This document shows positions 28,973 to 40,066 of a stretch of 64,000 nt of DNA, piece by piece. The position numbers and the translations under genes were made by a program. A model generated the notes under the pieces. It did not search any database. It had not been told where the DNA came from and saw only the letters and a program-made list of their open reading frames with translations. The DNA comes from a virus (taxonomy: Duplodnaviria > Caudoviricetes), in IMG/VR virus record IMGVR_UViG_3300005611_001698, positions 96,001-160,000 of that record. One strand, written 5' to 3'. The stretch's first letter is position 1; each line of letters starts with the position of its first letter.

Positions 28973-29817
28973 TATCCGATAAGATCAAGAGGTGGGATTT
29001 CGTAAGTAGATAACATCTGATCTTGTATTTCTTTCAGTTCAAGAACAGCATCGTCATATATCTGTCTTCCATTAAGTTCAATACCACCAGGTAACTTGAC
29101 TCCTTGAAACTTAATCAAGTTTTGTCCCCATTGTTTTTTCATGGTAGTAGTCAAATATTTTTTAATAAATCTATCGTTATATACTTTGGTATTATCGTTG
29201 GGATCGAGAACACGCCAACAATCAATAATAATATAATCGCCAGCAGCAAAGTCTGACCAGTCCGCATCAATATAAAGTCTTTGTTGTCTAATATTAAATC
29301 TTATCTGTTTTAGTGGATTTAATAAGAAATCAATATCTTCTAACTTTGTCTTGACCATTGCATATGACAACAGTTCAAGAGAATCAAAGAAATACACATC
29401 ATTCAGCATCAACTGATATTTTACATTGAACATTCCAGAACTCATCGTTTGAGTTCCTGGAAATCTATAAATCTTATTGACTCCAATGATGGAATCTGGA
29501 AGTGGAATATAATTGCCGTTTTCTTGGTAAGCAAAAGAAGATGTATTACCAACTGTTTGCGTTACTGTGGTTGTTGTGATGCCAACTGCCCCACCATCTC
29601 CTGCTGGTGCTCTACCTCTATTGATATCATCCTGAGTAATTTGATATCTCAGGGGCATTTGCATGACACCATCATAGTGTCTCTCTTGAAAATATTGAAT
29701 AGCATCATCCACCAGATCATCGATCTGTTCATCTGCAATATTGATTTCTAATACTGGTGCGCCAAGTTGCCTAAGGCAATAATCGATAAGACCTTGACGA
29801 TTTGATGGTTGAGACAT
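28972..29817 (-). CDS. g13: Neck protein/head-tail adaptor (gp13)
   Basis: YCLRQLGAPVLEIN and QWGQNLIKFQGVKLPGG motifs. Confidence 0.96.
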   Translation of the reverse strand: MSQPSNRQGLIDYCLRQLGAPVLEINIADEQIDDLVDDAIQYFQERHYDGVMQMPLRYQITQDDINRGRAPAGDGGAVGITTTTVTQTVGNTSSFAYQENGNYIPLPDSIIGVNKIYRFPGTQTMSSGMFNVKYQLMLNDVYFFDSLELLSYAMVKTKLEDIDFLLNPLKQIRFNIRQQRLYIDADWSDFAAGDYIIIDCWRVLDPNDNTKVYNDRFIKKYLTTTMKKQWGQNLIKFQGVKLPGGIELNGRQIYDDAVLELKEIQDQMLSTYEIPPLDLIG

Positions 29818-29836
29818 ATTATAAGTCCTCCTGATC

Positions 29837-29844
29837 TATTTAGA
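29837..29844 (-). promoter_or_regulatory. Late promoter TCTAAATA (g13)
   Basis: Contains the TAA stop of the upstream ORF; 20 nt before the g13 start. Confidence 0.75.
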
Positions 29845-30226
29845 CAGAGGATGTAACTCCTGCCCTGACCATTACATCTCCTTCAACAATTCTGTAAACT
29901 GTTGTACCACTATTGACAAGAACATCGTATTTGTATCTACCCTCTTTTAACCCAATTGTATTAGCAGCAGAAAGTCCAAGAGTAAGATTTGGATCAGATC
30001 CTGTTGTTCCCAGGCTGACGTTAAAAGATCTCAAAGCATACAATGATGATCCGATACTTACGGACTTAGTTAAACTTGCCGCACCAGAATATCCAGTGAA
30101 ATTAAATGCTGTTCCACCAATTGTTGTTACCGAATAATTGGCAACAAAACTAGCACCAGTAGAAATAACTTGATTTACTGCTTGGGCAACCCCAGAATTG
30201 GGGTCAAAGGTAAAACTAGCGTCCAT
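29840..30226 (-). CDS. Small virion-associated beta-sandwich protein
   Basis: FNFTGYS...LKEGRYKYDV...RIVEG pattern typical of cyanophage baseplate/fibre accessory proteins. Confidence 0.7.
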   Translation of the reverse strand: MDASFTFDPNSGVAQAVNQVISTGASFVANYSVTTIGGTAFNFTGYSGAASLTKSVSIGSSLYALRSFNVSLGTTGSDPNLTLGLSAANTIGLKEGRYKYDVLVNSGTTVYRIVEGDVMVRAGVTSSV

Positions 30227-30438
30227 TATTTTTCTGCGAGTTTGAGTAAAAGTTCTTTAATCGTTGACATATCTTCCTTTAAGGAATTTATGTCATCTTT
30301 CATATCTAGTATTTCTTGTGACTCAGCTTCGTTTTTTGCCTTATTGATCAGGTAGTTGTTATAGGCGTTACCGTTTGTATTGACGATAGCGCCAGTATTC
30401 ATATCACGTCTGAGATTTGGGTGTCCTTCAACTTTCAT
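30226..30438 (-). CDS. Small coiled-coil protein following the VrlC-like gene
   Basis: KVEGHPNLRRDMNTGAIVN followed by a heptad tail. Confidence 0.8.
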   Translation of the reverse strand: MKVEGHPNLRRDMNTGAIVNTNGNAYNNYLINKAKNEAESQEILDMKDDINSLKEDMSTIKELLLKLAEK

Positions 30439-30439
30439 T

Positions 30440-33400
30440 TTATCTCACTGCAATGGCACGAAGATTTTTGATAATCGGTGGTTTAGCCTGATTTGTGCCT
30501 GTCATAATAATCTTCAATTGGAATCCAGTAAACTCTGGAAGGTCATCAACAAAGAACTCATATTCTTTATATTGTCCAGGATTACTTGGAGTTACAAATG
30601 TATTTGAAAGTCCAGTATTGTTTGCCGGATCAATCACATTTCCAAGATCATCGATGTTACTGTATCCAGGGAAAAGATTATATGGAGTTGAATCAATATC
30701 ACTATCATTAGTAAAGATTTTATAGAGAACTCTAATCTCAGCAGTTTCATCTCTATAAGCATCTAGAAGAACTTTGATTGAGTTTGCTGGATTTGCCAAA
30801 TCAACTTTCTTAGTAATATAAATCGCAGCATTAGGATCATCACCTGTGACTCTAACTCTATTATCCTGAGTAAAATCAGAAATAGGTTCATTGAGTCTAT
30901 TTGAGGTTAAGATCATGTTAACTCTATCAAGATCAACTGCTGGTGAAACAAATGAGTTATTAGAGAAAAATTCAAGATCGAGAGTAAATGATTTATTGCC
31001 AGGAAGATCATTCAAAAGAACATCTTCATTTTTCTTTGATGCAAGGAGTCTTGGAGTAGAAAGATCATTTGGAACTCCAAGAGAAATGCTCTCATAACCT
31101 TGATCAGCAAATGACTGTTCGTTGCCATTAACACTTGTTCCACTAACTGTTCTTACACTTGCATTAAGAGTTGTTCCAGTTAACTTCAAGTTTTGTACAT
31201 TTGGAGTAATAGTTTCAAACTGAATATTATTTCCACCAGTTACTTTATCGCCACCAACTTTTTTGGTTGAGTTAAATCCAAGTTTGGGGAAAGATGTATT
31301 AACTGATCTGTCAATACCATTGCTAGACATATCAACCTTAATTGCATATGAATCAAGAGTTCTTGGATTGGGAACAGTTGCATCACTAAGAGTATGATCA
31401 CGATTGATTCTTCTAAGAGAAACGCCATTTAACTCATACTTTGCAATCAAATCACCAGAGTTATGCAAGAATGATCCTTTGTTATCAATATTTCGTGAAA
31501 TTCCAGTAAGGGCATTACCACTAAGTCCAGTATAAGAAATAATCTCATTACCAATGAGAGCATATCCTGGATTTGTTGTACCAACACCAACATTTTCAAA
31601 AGTATCAAACTTGGCAGTATTTGCAAGTCCAATATTACCAGTTGATGTTGCATCAATGTCAGCACTAATGCTGGTTGGTCTCATATCTGGTTTAATGTTG
31701 GAAATTGTAACACCATTTGTTCCAGAGTACATCGCATGATTTCTATGACGAACTTTAAAGTGAAGTCCATCAAAACTAGAATTTACGGTTACCGAGTCAG
31801 CAGCGATTCCAGTCAAAGTTGTAGTAGCACCAGTTGACTGATCAATATATGCCATAGTTGCCGCAACACCAGTGTTAAAGTCACCTTGAATACCATCAAG
31901 AACGACGGCATTAATCGCAGAGATTATACCAACACTAAATCTTGCATTTCTTCCAAGAGTTGTACTTCCTAGTGTCGTGATTCCAAGTTCATCTCCAACT
32001 GCATATCCAACACCACCATTAGTGACAAAACATGATGTAATACCGCCATTAAAAACAGTTACGTTGGCAACTGCACCAGAACCAGATCCAGATAATGTGG
32101 TTAGATTAGCAGTATATGTTCCATAACCAACAGATGGTGTGTATCCAATGCCTGCATTAATAATAGTTACAGAAGCTCCAATTCCTATAGAACCAAGAGT
32201 TTCAATAACAACACCAGTTGCAGTTGGGTTGTTTACCTGAGACATATTCACGCCATTGATAATAACCGATTCTTGTGAGGCAGAAAGTGTGGATCCAAAT
32301 CCAACAACTGCTCTTCTGGAAATCGTTTCAATGGGATTAGGACCAAGTTTTGTAATACCACCATTAGCAATACCCATAGTTGGGTTATAGAAAGATGCAT
32401 TGGCAGTTGTATTTGTTGTGAACTGCGCTCTATACATCGTAAACTTGATATCTTCAAATTGACTTGCGTCCCAAGTAGAACCGTTCTGGGACTTAAATAG
32501 AGATCCAAGAAGTGGTTGCTGTGAGATAATATTTCTAGGAGCATCTGGACTTGACAAAGTTCCAGTTACATCCTCTTCTCCCATTCTAGAAATCCAAGCA
32601 CCATAGTTTGTAGTATCCGCAAGGAGAACAAATGCATATTCTGTGTTTCCTTTCAGATAAACTGGTGAATCAAAAGTAAACTTAGTGGGAACAGATGCAT
32701 CATCGGAAATATTGACTTGATCTGGCATGAGATCAATTTCACTAAAAGGAAGAACCGAAGTAGTTGGTGTTCCATCACGCATAGTTCTAATCTGCATGGT
32801 GACTGGCAGTGTATCATCCTTTGCCTGGAAATAACACTCAATCGCAGTAATAAAACATCCATCAGCAGAGTTTACAAAGAACGATTGTGCCAGAGGATCT
32901 CTTTGCGAATTACACTTACTTGTAAATGCAGTAGCAGTTGAGCTAAGTTGTGCGGTTGGGATTAGATTTCCACCACTATCAAAGTTCCAAGTTCTTCCTC
33001 CTCTGCTATTATTAGATCTTCCGCCAAATCTACTTGAACTGCGAGAAGTTGATCTACTTCTACTATAACTTCTACTATTTTGTCCACGAATATCTACCGA
33101 AGTGTAAAGTGTTCTTGTTCTACTTAGATTTGCAGTTGGAATCAATCTTCCCCGAGTATCAAAGTTCCAAATTCTTCCACCTCTTCTACGTCTTCCACCT
33201 CTTCTACGCCTTCCACGTCTTCCACTTCTACCACCAGTTCTCCTTTGAGATCCTCTATTTGACCTACCACCAGCTCCACCACAAGATGCAGGAGCTCCTG
33301 GTCTTGTTAAAAGAACCGCAGTATTGTAAATCAATCCAGCTTCATAATCTCCAACAGCACGTGCATATGCTGTATAAGAATCATATCCATTATTGACAGC

Positions 33401-36400
33401 AGTTGTATATGCAACATAACGTGCATCACAGTTTGCTGATGGAAGTTGTCTTACATTTCTCAAAACTGTATCTTCATTAACTTCACTGATTACAGAATCA
33501 GAAGATCCAAGAATTCTTTCGGAAGTTGTAGATTGTTGGAAGATTGACTGATGAATCGCATTAGATCTTACAGAGAGAATGTTTTCTTCTGTAAATTCAA
33601 GTAAACCATTTGCTTGGAAAGTTGTTTCAGCAGAAGTTTGATTGAGAGATGAAATAAAGTTTGTATTTGGAACTGATGTAAGTTTAACTACTTTAGTTCC
33701 AGTAATAAACTGTGGATTGCTTGGTTTAGATGGATCTGGAACATAAACACATCCAACAACAAATCCAACTTCATCTGTAATGAGTTTGATATCAGATACG
33801 GTAGCCTGAGCTCCACTGGTCAAACCTTTTAGGACCATCCCTATACGTGGATATCCAAAGAAGTCTCCATTTACTTTTGATGCTAGAGAAGTTGTATCAA
33901 CGTTTAAGATTGTCGATACTGATGAATAATCATCTGGAAGTGTTTCATCATCATTGTATGGATTTAAATTAAAATATGAGAGTGGAGCATCATATGGTCC
34001 AGTTTTATGATTTGCAAAAGCAACTCTAAACTGGAAAGTTGGAGTCGATTCTTCTGGTGTTGGAGATATACCAGAATCAGCTCTAGACATAGTTCCAACA
34101 ATAGTTTCTCCAACCTGGAATGTGCCAGAAAGCATGGAGATTTCTAACAACTTAGGTGCCAGATACTCCGACATATTGTAGTTATCAAGAATTGGATAGA
34201 CTCTAGTTCTAGGTCTGAGTCTGGTTCCCCTGAATTCAATATTACGTGACCTCATAAACGTAATACTGGATCTATTAACAACTTTATTGCCAACATTAAT
34301 CTTTTCAATATGAGGAGTTTTTCTAAATGCAATACCCTCTCTTGTTTTCTTATGAAGTTCAACATCAGAAGTTGTTCTTACAACTTTTGTTGTTTTAGTC
34401 TGAATATCATCCGTTGCATTAAGTTGTTTTGTTTCACTAGTTACAATAGTATTGTCAGTTGTTCTGGTCTCTCTACCAATAACATTATCTACCCATGATC
34501 CCCATTCAATCTCAGCAAAACCACTTGCCTCTTCGATACCAAGTCTTTGTGTTGATGCTATAAAATCTGGACCATCTGAATCAAATTCATTAGTTTTAAT
34601 TACTTTTTGATCAACCCAAATATCAGATGATGGATAAAGATTAAGAGTTCCAATCCAGTTAGTAACAAGAAATGGGTTTACAGATTCAACTCTTGATGCA
34701 AAAACATTTTGCATATAAATGAGATCGGCATAATTAAGAGTGAGCAAGTCACCAGTCTTTCTAAGATTTGGATCAGTCAGTTGATCGTTGAATCGAGTAT
34801 CTAAAGTATTTGGGGTAGAAACTCCAATTCCAGTTAAAGCAGCAGTTGCTAATACTAGATCAACAGAGGTTGTATAGTGAGATGGTCTCAACTCTCCGTT
34901 AAATGTGTCAATGGAACAACCAAAATCTTCATTCGTTTGATCTTGGATTTGATGAGTTTTAAAGTTATCGACAAAGAATCCACTCTTGAATCTATCAAGA
35001 CCCTTTGCATCTTGGATTGTAAGTGCTTCGGTTTCTTTTTCAAGTAAAGATAAAGCAGTATAATATTCTAAGTTGGTGATTCTATTGTCCAAATCACCAA
35101 TATCCCTCATTGTGTATCTCTTGTGTTCAGTTCTCTTTATAGAAACTCCATCAAGAGAAAAGAGATATGGAGGAAGTTTGATAATAGCAACTTCTAAGTT
35201 GTCATCAAGTCCAGCTGGAAGTTGTGGATTCTCAGATGGAGTTCCCTGAACCACATTAAATCTCCCATTAGAGTCTAAGAAAACTCTATCAATTCTTCCT
35301 AAGTAATAATCATAGTTGATGATAATATTTTCATCAGATACCAGAATATTTGGAACTGATTGTCCACTTTGAGTGAAGTTTCTTGAAGCAAAATCAAATG
35401 GAGATAACGCAGAGGAAGTGTCATAATCACCAACTCTTGGTCTGATGTCGATAATGTCAGTATTTCTTAAACCATCAAATGATGGGATGTCATTACTATA
35501 AAGTTCATTAGCATAACTTTCCGATGTAAATAGATCTCCTGTGTCCTGAGCACCAACAACAAAGTTTTGGAAAATTATTCTAAGTTTTCTTCTCGGACTT
35601 TGCCTTTCCTTTTTACGAATAATTCTTCCATAATCATAGAATGATCTTCTCTGACCATTATCTAAAGCAAAATCATTCGTTACATTTTTATCTGGTTGGC
35701 CAGTACCGACTACTACTCCATTTACATTTGAGGTTTGTCCAGTTGCGTTTTCACCATCTGTAAATGTTTTCTCATTCAAATAAACAATCTCAATAGTTGT
35801 TCCAGATATTACAGAAACAACCCTAGCAACAGATTTACTTTGATTACCGATAATCTTTTCACCGACAATAAAATCAGAAGTTGTCTGATTTGGACCACTA
35901 ATCGAAGTAAGTGTTAAGGTTGGAATATTTGGATCATTTTGATCATCGGATTCATAAACAGCAAGAACTCTAAGAACATCAGGTTTATTCAAAGAAATTT
36001 CTTTATCTTGAACTCTCGTTCCATAAACATTACTAAATGTTAAACCATCATTAAGAGTTGTTGATCCGATTCCAGATGCAGAATTACTTGATCTAGTAAT
36101 TAAGATTGAAGATACATTATTCAGAGTTTTTTGTTTTTCAACAACTTTGTTCTTGTTGAGAGTCGCAGATACTCTAATATCTGTTTCCGATTCTCTTGAT
36201 AAACCACTGATTGTAACGGTTTTGAGGTTGGATGCAAAAGCAAACATATCCTCCGTCAGAGGTTGAATCGTTCCATCTCTATAAGCAACGTGATATCTCT
36301 CTTCATCAAATGGGAGATAATACTCATTGTCTATTGCAGTTGGAAGAGTTAAAGAACTTGAGGCAGAAGAAACGTTAGTAAATGTTTTTTTAATTACTAA

Positions 36401-38488
36401 CTGTGCTGTTCCAAGATCTACATTATCAATATTTTTACTTCCGAGTCTAGTATAAAGAGTGTTGTCTTCAACGTTTATAAGATCACCAGAAACTACCTCA
36501 AGATCTGTGATTTGTTGGACATTTTGAGGTGGAGCTCCGTCAAAAAGATTAGTTACAGTTTGAATGCCAGACAATGTAAGTTGAGAACCATCATTACTGA
36601 TACTCTTAACTTTCAATAGAACTGGATCAGAGATAGTGATATCAGTAGAAATAAATCTAACGAGATCATTAGTGGTTACGATACCAACAAATGTATTTTG
36701 ACCCGCAGTGATTGTACTGAGACCAGCTGGTGATGCGTCAGCACCATTTCCACTTCTACCACTAATGGTAAACGAAGTTCCAAACTTTCTTTTAGTGGTG
36801 AGTTTTAAATCTGCATTGAAAGTTTGGATTCCAACTGTGGTTCCTTGATAGATTGACTTAATGTTTGAAATATCGTAGTTAGTTGAAATAGCAACAGTTG
36901 TGTTATAATTTACTCCATCTACGGAGATCTTTTCCCCCTTGTGGAAAACTCCTTTAACTTGTCTAAGACTAAACGTTGAGATTCCAGAAGAATCTTCCAC
37001 AACAAAACCTGATGCACCACTATATTGACCTGAAATAAAAGCGCCTGGTCTAAGTGAAGTAAATGGTTGAGTGATTTCTAATTTAGTATATGGAGAAATA
37101 TCAAAAAGTCTAAGACTATACTCAGATTCTGGACCTTCAAAAATCTGAGATTCTAAGTTGTAATCATAAATCCTACATTCACCAATGGCGTTTCCTGCTG
37201 GTGAAGTAGAAGCCAAACCAACTCTTTCATCCCTTAGACTTGCAGCAATAGTTGTACCAAATCCAACTCTTGGCGCTCCATGAACATTATTGATTCTAAT
37301 TTTTGGTCCTATTGAAATAGGAACGGCTTCTTGACTTACTTCTCTTGTGGTTCTTGGTTTCGATATATCGATTACAGTATCAGTTTGTTTTTCTACTTCA
37401 AATCCTCTAACGTATGCCTTTCCAGAAGAAATAACATATTCGATCAAGTTTTCAGATGGAGTATTTCCTTGATATGTTACTGAATCTGCATCATAGATTC
37501 CATCATTACCAAGATAGTTATTTAAAGTGTTCTTAACCGAAATGTCAAATGGTTTGATATAATAATCACCCGATTCATCATAAGTTCTTCTAGCAAACTC
37601 TGCTTTGATAAAGTTATAATCGGTATTTTTTACAAACGTCTCGATTTCACCATTTTGAATCCTCATCAATTCAACAAAACTTGGATCATCACTATCTACG
37701 ATAAGTTTTGAAGTTAAAGTTGCAGTTATTTTTAATCTATCAGCACCAGGAGCAGTGTAATTGCTAAATCCCTGAGCATTATCATTTAGAGTTGGGTCTT
37801 CATCAGCATTAATAATCTCTTCGACCACAGTCAATCCAACTTTTACAGTTGGCATTGATGCATATTGCCCTAAAAGTATTGTTTGAGGATTTACTGTTAC
37901 AAAATTTCCTCTAAGAAAATATACACCTTCTTGAATATTAGCAGCAGATCCAACAATGTTGGCATTATTTGATATTACCGAGGCAAAACCTTGATTTGTC
38001 GAAATTACAGTATTACCATATGATAAGTTATCAAGAAGAATGAGATTCTCTCCCTCTACAAAATCTCCCGTGGAAAAATTGGTTCCAGATTTTGTGATTG
38101 TAAAATATAAAGTATCTAAACTTCTTTCAGAATCTCTTGATCTGAGGACATATTCAACTCTTGCCTCAATACCAGAAGTTTCACCTCTGAACTTTTTCCC
38201 GACAAGTTGATCAATATAAAGACTTATAGGAATCCCCGCAAAATCTGGATTTACACAGATTCCTGTAAAAACGTCCTGATATGAAAGTTGCCCAGGAATT
38301 ACTTTTGCACCCTCTTTAAAAAAGTGTGTGCCAAATTTTTCAATCTGATCTTGAAGAATCGACTGTAAACCGGTTAATTCTCTAGCTTGAACAGGAGTTC
38401 CTGCCTTAAAAAGAACTCTATGAAAATTATTTGTTGGATCAAAATCGTCATAATATGGAGTGATGTTGAGGTTAGTTTCCTGGGGCAT
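30440..38488 (-). CDS. Large virion structural protein, VrlC-like/DUF4815-type
   Basis: MPQETNLNITPYYDDF, APGADR, ARRTYDESGDY, RFKSGFFVDNF and DPLAQSF motifs; 2682 aa; follows g8. Confidence 0.88.
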   Translation of the reverse strand: MPQETNLNITPYYDDFDPTNNFHRVLFKAGTPVQARELTGLQSILQDQIEKFGTHFFKEGAKVIPGQLSYQDVFTGICVNPDFAGIPISLYIDQLVGKKFRGETSGIEARVEYVLRSRDSERSLDTLYFTITKSGTNFSTGDFVEGENLILLDNLSYGNTVISTNQGFASVISNNANIVGSAANIQEGVYFLRGNFVTVNPQTILLGQYASMPTVKVGLTVVEEIINADEDPTLNDNAQGFSNYTAPGADRLKITATLTSKLIVDSDDPSFVELMRIQNGEIETFVKNTDYNFIKAEFARRTYDESGDYYIKPFDISVKNTLNNYLGNDGIYDADSVTYQGNTPSENLIEYVISSGKAYVRGFEVEKQTDTVIDISKPRTTREVSQEAVPISIGPKIRINNVHGAPRVGFGTTIAASLRDERVGLASTSPAGNAIGECRIYDYNLESQIFEGPESEYSLRLFDISPYTKLEITQPFTSLRPGAFISGQYSGASGFVVEDSSGISTFSLRQVKGVFHKGEKISVDGVNYNTTVAISTNYDISNIKSIYQGTTVGIQTFNADLKLTTKRKFGTSFTISGRSGNGADASPAGLSTITAGQNTFVGIVTTNDLVRFISTDITISDPVLLKVKSISNDGSQLTLSGIQTVTNLFDGAPPQNVQQITDLEVVSGDLINVEDNTLYTRLGSKNIDNVDLGTAQLVIKKTFTNVSSASSSLTLPTAIDNEYYLPFDEERYHVAYRDGTIQPLTEDMFAFASNLKTVTISGLSRESETDIRVSATLNKNKVVEKQKTLNNVSSILITRSSNSASGIGSTTLNDGLTFSNVYGTRVQDKEISLNKPDVLRVLAVYESDDQNDPNIPTLTLTSISGPNQTTSDFIVGEKIIGNQSKSVARVVSVISGTTIEIVYLNEKTFTDGENATGQTSNVNGVVVGTGQPDKNVTNDFALDNGQRRSFYDYGRIIRKKERQSPRRKLRIIFQNFVVGAQDTGDLFTSESYANELYSNDIPSFDGLRNTDIIDIRPRVGDYDTSSALSPFDFASRNFTQSGQSVPNILVSDENIIINYDYYLGRIDRVFLDSNGRFNVVQGTPSENPQLPAGLDDNLEVAIIKLPPYLFSLDGVSIKRTEHKRYTMRDIGDLDNRITNLEYYTALSLLEKETEALTIQDAKGLDRFKSGFFVDNFKTHQIQDQTNEDFGCSIDTFNGELRPSHYTTSVDLVLATAALTGIGVSTPNTLDTRFNDQLTDPNLRKTGDLLTLNYADLIYMQNVFASRVESVNPFLVTNWIGTLNLYPSSDIWVDQKVIKTNEFDSDGPDFIASTQRLGIEEASGFAEIEWGSWVDNVIGRETRTTDNTIVTSETKQLNATDDIQTKTTKVVRTTSDVELHKKTREGIAFRKTPHIEKINVGNKVVNRSSITFMRSRNIEFRGTRLRPRTRVYPILDNYNMSEYLAPKLLEISMLSGTFQVGETIVGTMSRADSGISPTPEESTPTFQFRVAFANHKTGPYDAPLSYFNLNPYNDDETLPDDYSSVSTILNVDTTSLASKVNGDFFGYPRIGMVLKGLTSGAQATVSDIKLITDEVGFVVGCVYVPDPSKPSNPQFITGTKVVKLTSVPNTNFISSLNQTSAETTFQANGLLEFTEENILSVRSNAIHQSIFQQSTTSERILGSSDSVISEVNEDTVLRNVRQLPSANCDARYVAYTTAVNNGYDSYTAYARAVGDYEAGLIYNTAVLLTRPGAPASCGGAGGRSNRGSQRRTGGRSGRRGRRRRGGRRRRGGRIWNFDTRGRLIPTANLSRTRTLYTSVDIRGQNSRSYSRSRSTSRSSSRFGGRSNNSRGGRTWNFDSGGNLIPTAQLSSTATAFTSKCNSQRDPLAQSFFVNSADGCFITAIECYFQAKDDTLPVTMQIRTMRDGTPTTSVLPFSEIDLMPDQVNISDDASVPTKFTFDSPVYLKGNTEYAFVLLADTTNYGAWISRMGEEDVTGTLSSPDAPRNIISQQPLLGSLFKSQNGSTWDASQFEDIKFTMYRAQFTTNTTANASFYNPTMGIANGGITKLGPNPIETISRRAVVGFGSTLSASQESVIINGVNMSQVNNPTATGVVIETLGSIGIGASVTIINAGIGYTPSVGYGTYTANLTTLSGSGSGAVANVTVFNGGITSCFVTNGGVGYAVGDELGITTLGSTTLGRNARFSVGIISAINAVVLDGIQGDFNTGVAATMAYIDQSTGATTTLTGIAADSVTVNSSFDGLHFKVRHRNHAMYSGTNGVTISNIKPDMRPTSISADIDATSTGNIGLANTAKFDTFENVGVGTTNPGYALIGNEIISYTGLSGNALTGISRNIDNKGSFLHNSGDLIAKYELNGVSLRRINRDHTLSDATVPNPRTLDSYAIKVDMSSNGIDRSVNTSFPKLGFNSTKKVGGDKVTGGNNIQFETITPNVQNLKLTGTTLNASVRTVSGTSVNGNEQSFADQGYESISLGVPNDLSTPRLLASKKNEDVLLNDLPGNKSFTLDLEFFSNNSFVSPAVDLDRVNMILTSNRLNEPISDFTQDNRVRVTGDDPNAAIYITKKVDLANPANSIKVLLDAYRDETAEIRVLYKIFTNDSDIDSTPYNLFPGYSNIDDLGNVIDPANNTGLSNTFVTPSNPGQYKEYEFFVDDLPEFTGFQLKIIMTGTNQAKPPIIKNLRAIAVR
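33173..33208. repeat. 18-bp tandem repeat (2 copies) encoding RRRGGR
   Basis: TCTTCCACCTCTTCTACG at 33173-33190 and 33191-33208, followed by a degenerate third copy. Confidence 0.9.
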
Positions 38489-38492
38489 TTTT

Positions 38493-40049
38493 TTAGAATT
38501 CTAAAACGATTTTAATATCTTCTTTTTGGTTTGACGATCTTAAAACAGATGGTCTATTATCTACATAGATTATCTGTCCACTTTGAGGTTTTACCTCTGG
38601 GTTTGCTACACCTTTGTCAAACGTCTGGCCTAGGAAGTAGGTCCTATTATTTAGAACGGTAGATATACCTGTAAAGGAAGTATCGATAGCAACTGTTGCT
38701 GTTCCTCCTGCAATATTGAAAGACGCGCTTAGATCACCATCTGGAAGAGTGTTTTGGAATCGCAAAAGTTTATATCCGTAAAGAGGAGCAGTTCCGACAG
38801 TAGAAGAAGTCGCAACACGATCATCTTGCCAATATTTTAAAACACCAGTATTTGAATCCCAAGATACAACTCTACCAATCGCAGTTGATCCAAATCCAAT
38901 TGTTTGTGTTATCACATCATCTGGTGTAAACTCTATTTGATCAAGTTGAGAACCAGTAACTCTTAATGCATAAACTGCGCTTGCTTTATCCGATGAAAGT
39001 TTTGTTGTAGATCCATAAACAAGAGGATCTTTTACAACTCCAATTCTTGCAAACTCATTTCCAGTGATAAAATCTGGATTAGTACTATCATTTTCAAGTC
39101 TGGAATAGACCATAACTTTACGAGCACCCAATTCAGAGTAAATATCGGAACCATGACCACCATTTGGAGGAATCACAACACTTGTTACTGCATCAGTGCT
39201 TGCATTTGAGTTAGTGATTCCAGCACCTTCCAAATCAAGAGTACCAAAAGAATATCCAGATCCACCAGAGGAAACATCTACGGATTCTATTTTCCCATCA
39301 GCATTAACTGTAACACTAGCTTTTGCACCATCACCATCTCCTAAAATATCTACATTGCTATAAGTTGTTGCAGTTCCATATCCAGTGCCTCTATTACTAA
39401 TAGTTACGATTTTAATCTGACCACTAGTTGCAGCATTATCTCTGACTGCTGCATTTGCACTTCCAGTTTTCCAATCTTCTGGAACTGGAATGAAGTTAGT
39501 TGATTCAAATCTCAAAATATCAGATGGAGTAAGAGTGTAGAGATATTTCCACACATAACCATCACCACTGCTTCCAGCAGCTCTTGGTTCCAAATCAGTG
39601 AATACCGGTTCATCGAGAGATGGCTTACCAGTTGGATTTTCTGGAGAAAATCCATTATCTAAACAAATATAAACTCTATAATCTCTATTGATTATGTAAT
39701 ATTTTGAACTATAAAGTGTAGTAGAGTTTGAGACCGGAGCAAGATTATTTCTACTATAATCATGTCTATACATATCATATTTTTCACCAGAAGCCCATAC
39801 ATATTTTTCAACAACCCTCCTTATATCGGAAGCGTTAATTTTTTTCAAAGCAATCATCGTATCCCAATAACGATTCTCTTGATTTAAAGAATCAATCGGT
39901 GCAGGTGGACTGGTATTCCAAGTTGGAGATAAGTCAGTTGCATTTGGTAGTCCAACCCAAACGTAGTATGAACTGCCAGTTGACGCAATTCCTGCACGAA
40001 AGTTTTCAGCACTAAGTATACGAAACTGATCAGTAATGATTGCGGACAT
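38493..40049 (-). CDS. g8: Baseplate wedge subunit (gp8)
   Basis: MSAIITDQFR, YDMYRHDY, DGYVWKYLY and QKEDIKIVLEF motifs. Confidence 0.95.
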   Translation of the reverse strand: MSAIITDQFRILSAENFRAGIASTGSSYYVWVGLPNATDLSPTWNTSPPAPIDSLNQENRYWDTMIALKKINASDIRRVVEKYVWASGEKYDMYRHDYSRNNLAPVSNSTTLYSSKYYIINRDYRVYICLDNGFSPENPTGKPSLDEPVFTDLEPRAAGSSGDGYVWKYLYTLTPSDILRFESTNFIPVPEDWKTGSANAAVRDNAATSGQIKIVTISNRGTGYGTATTYSNVDILGDGDGAKASVTVNADGKIESVDVSSGGSGYSFGTLDLEGAGITNSNASTDAVTSVVIPPNGGHGSDIYSELGARKVMVYSRLENDSTNPDFITGNEFARIGVVKDPLVYGSTTKLSSDKASAVYALRVTGSQLDQIEFTPDDVITQTIGFGSTAIGRVVSWDSNTGVLKYWQDDRVATSSTVGTAPLYGYKLLRFQNTLPDGDLSASFNIAGGTATVAIDTSFTGISTVLNNRTYFLGQTFDKGVANPEVKPQSGQIIYVDNRPSVLRSSNQKEDIKIVLEF

Positions 40050-40066
40050 TTTAAACTTTTTCTAGT

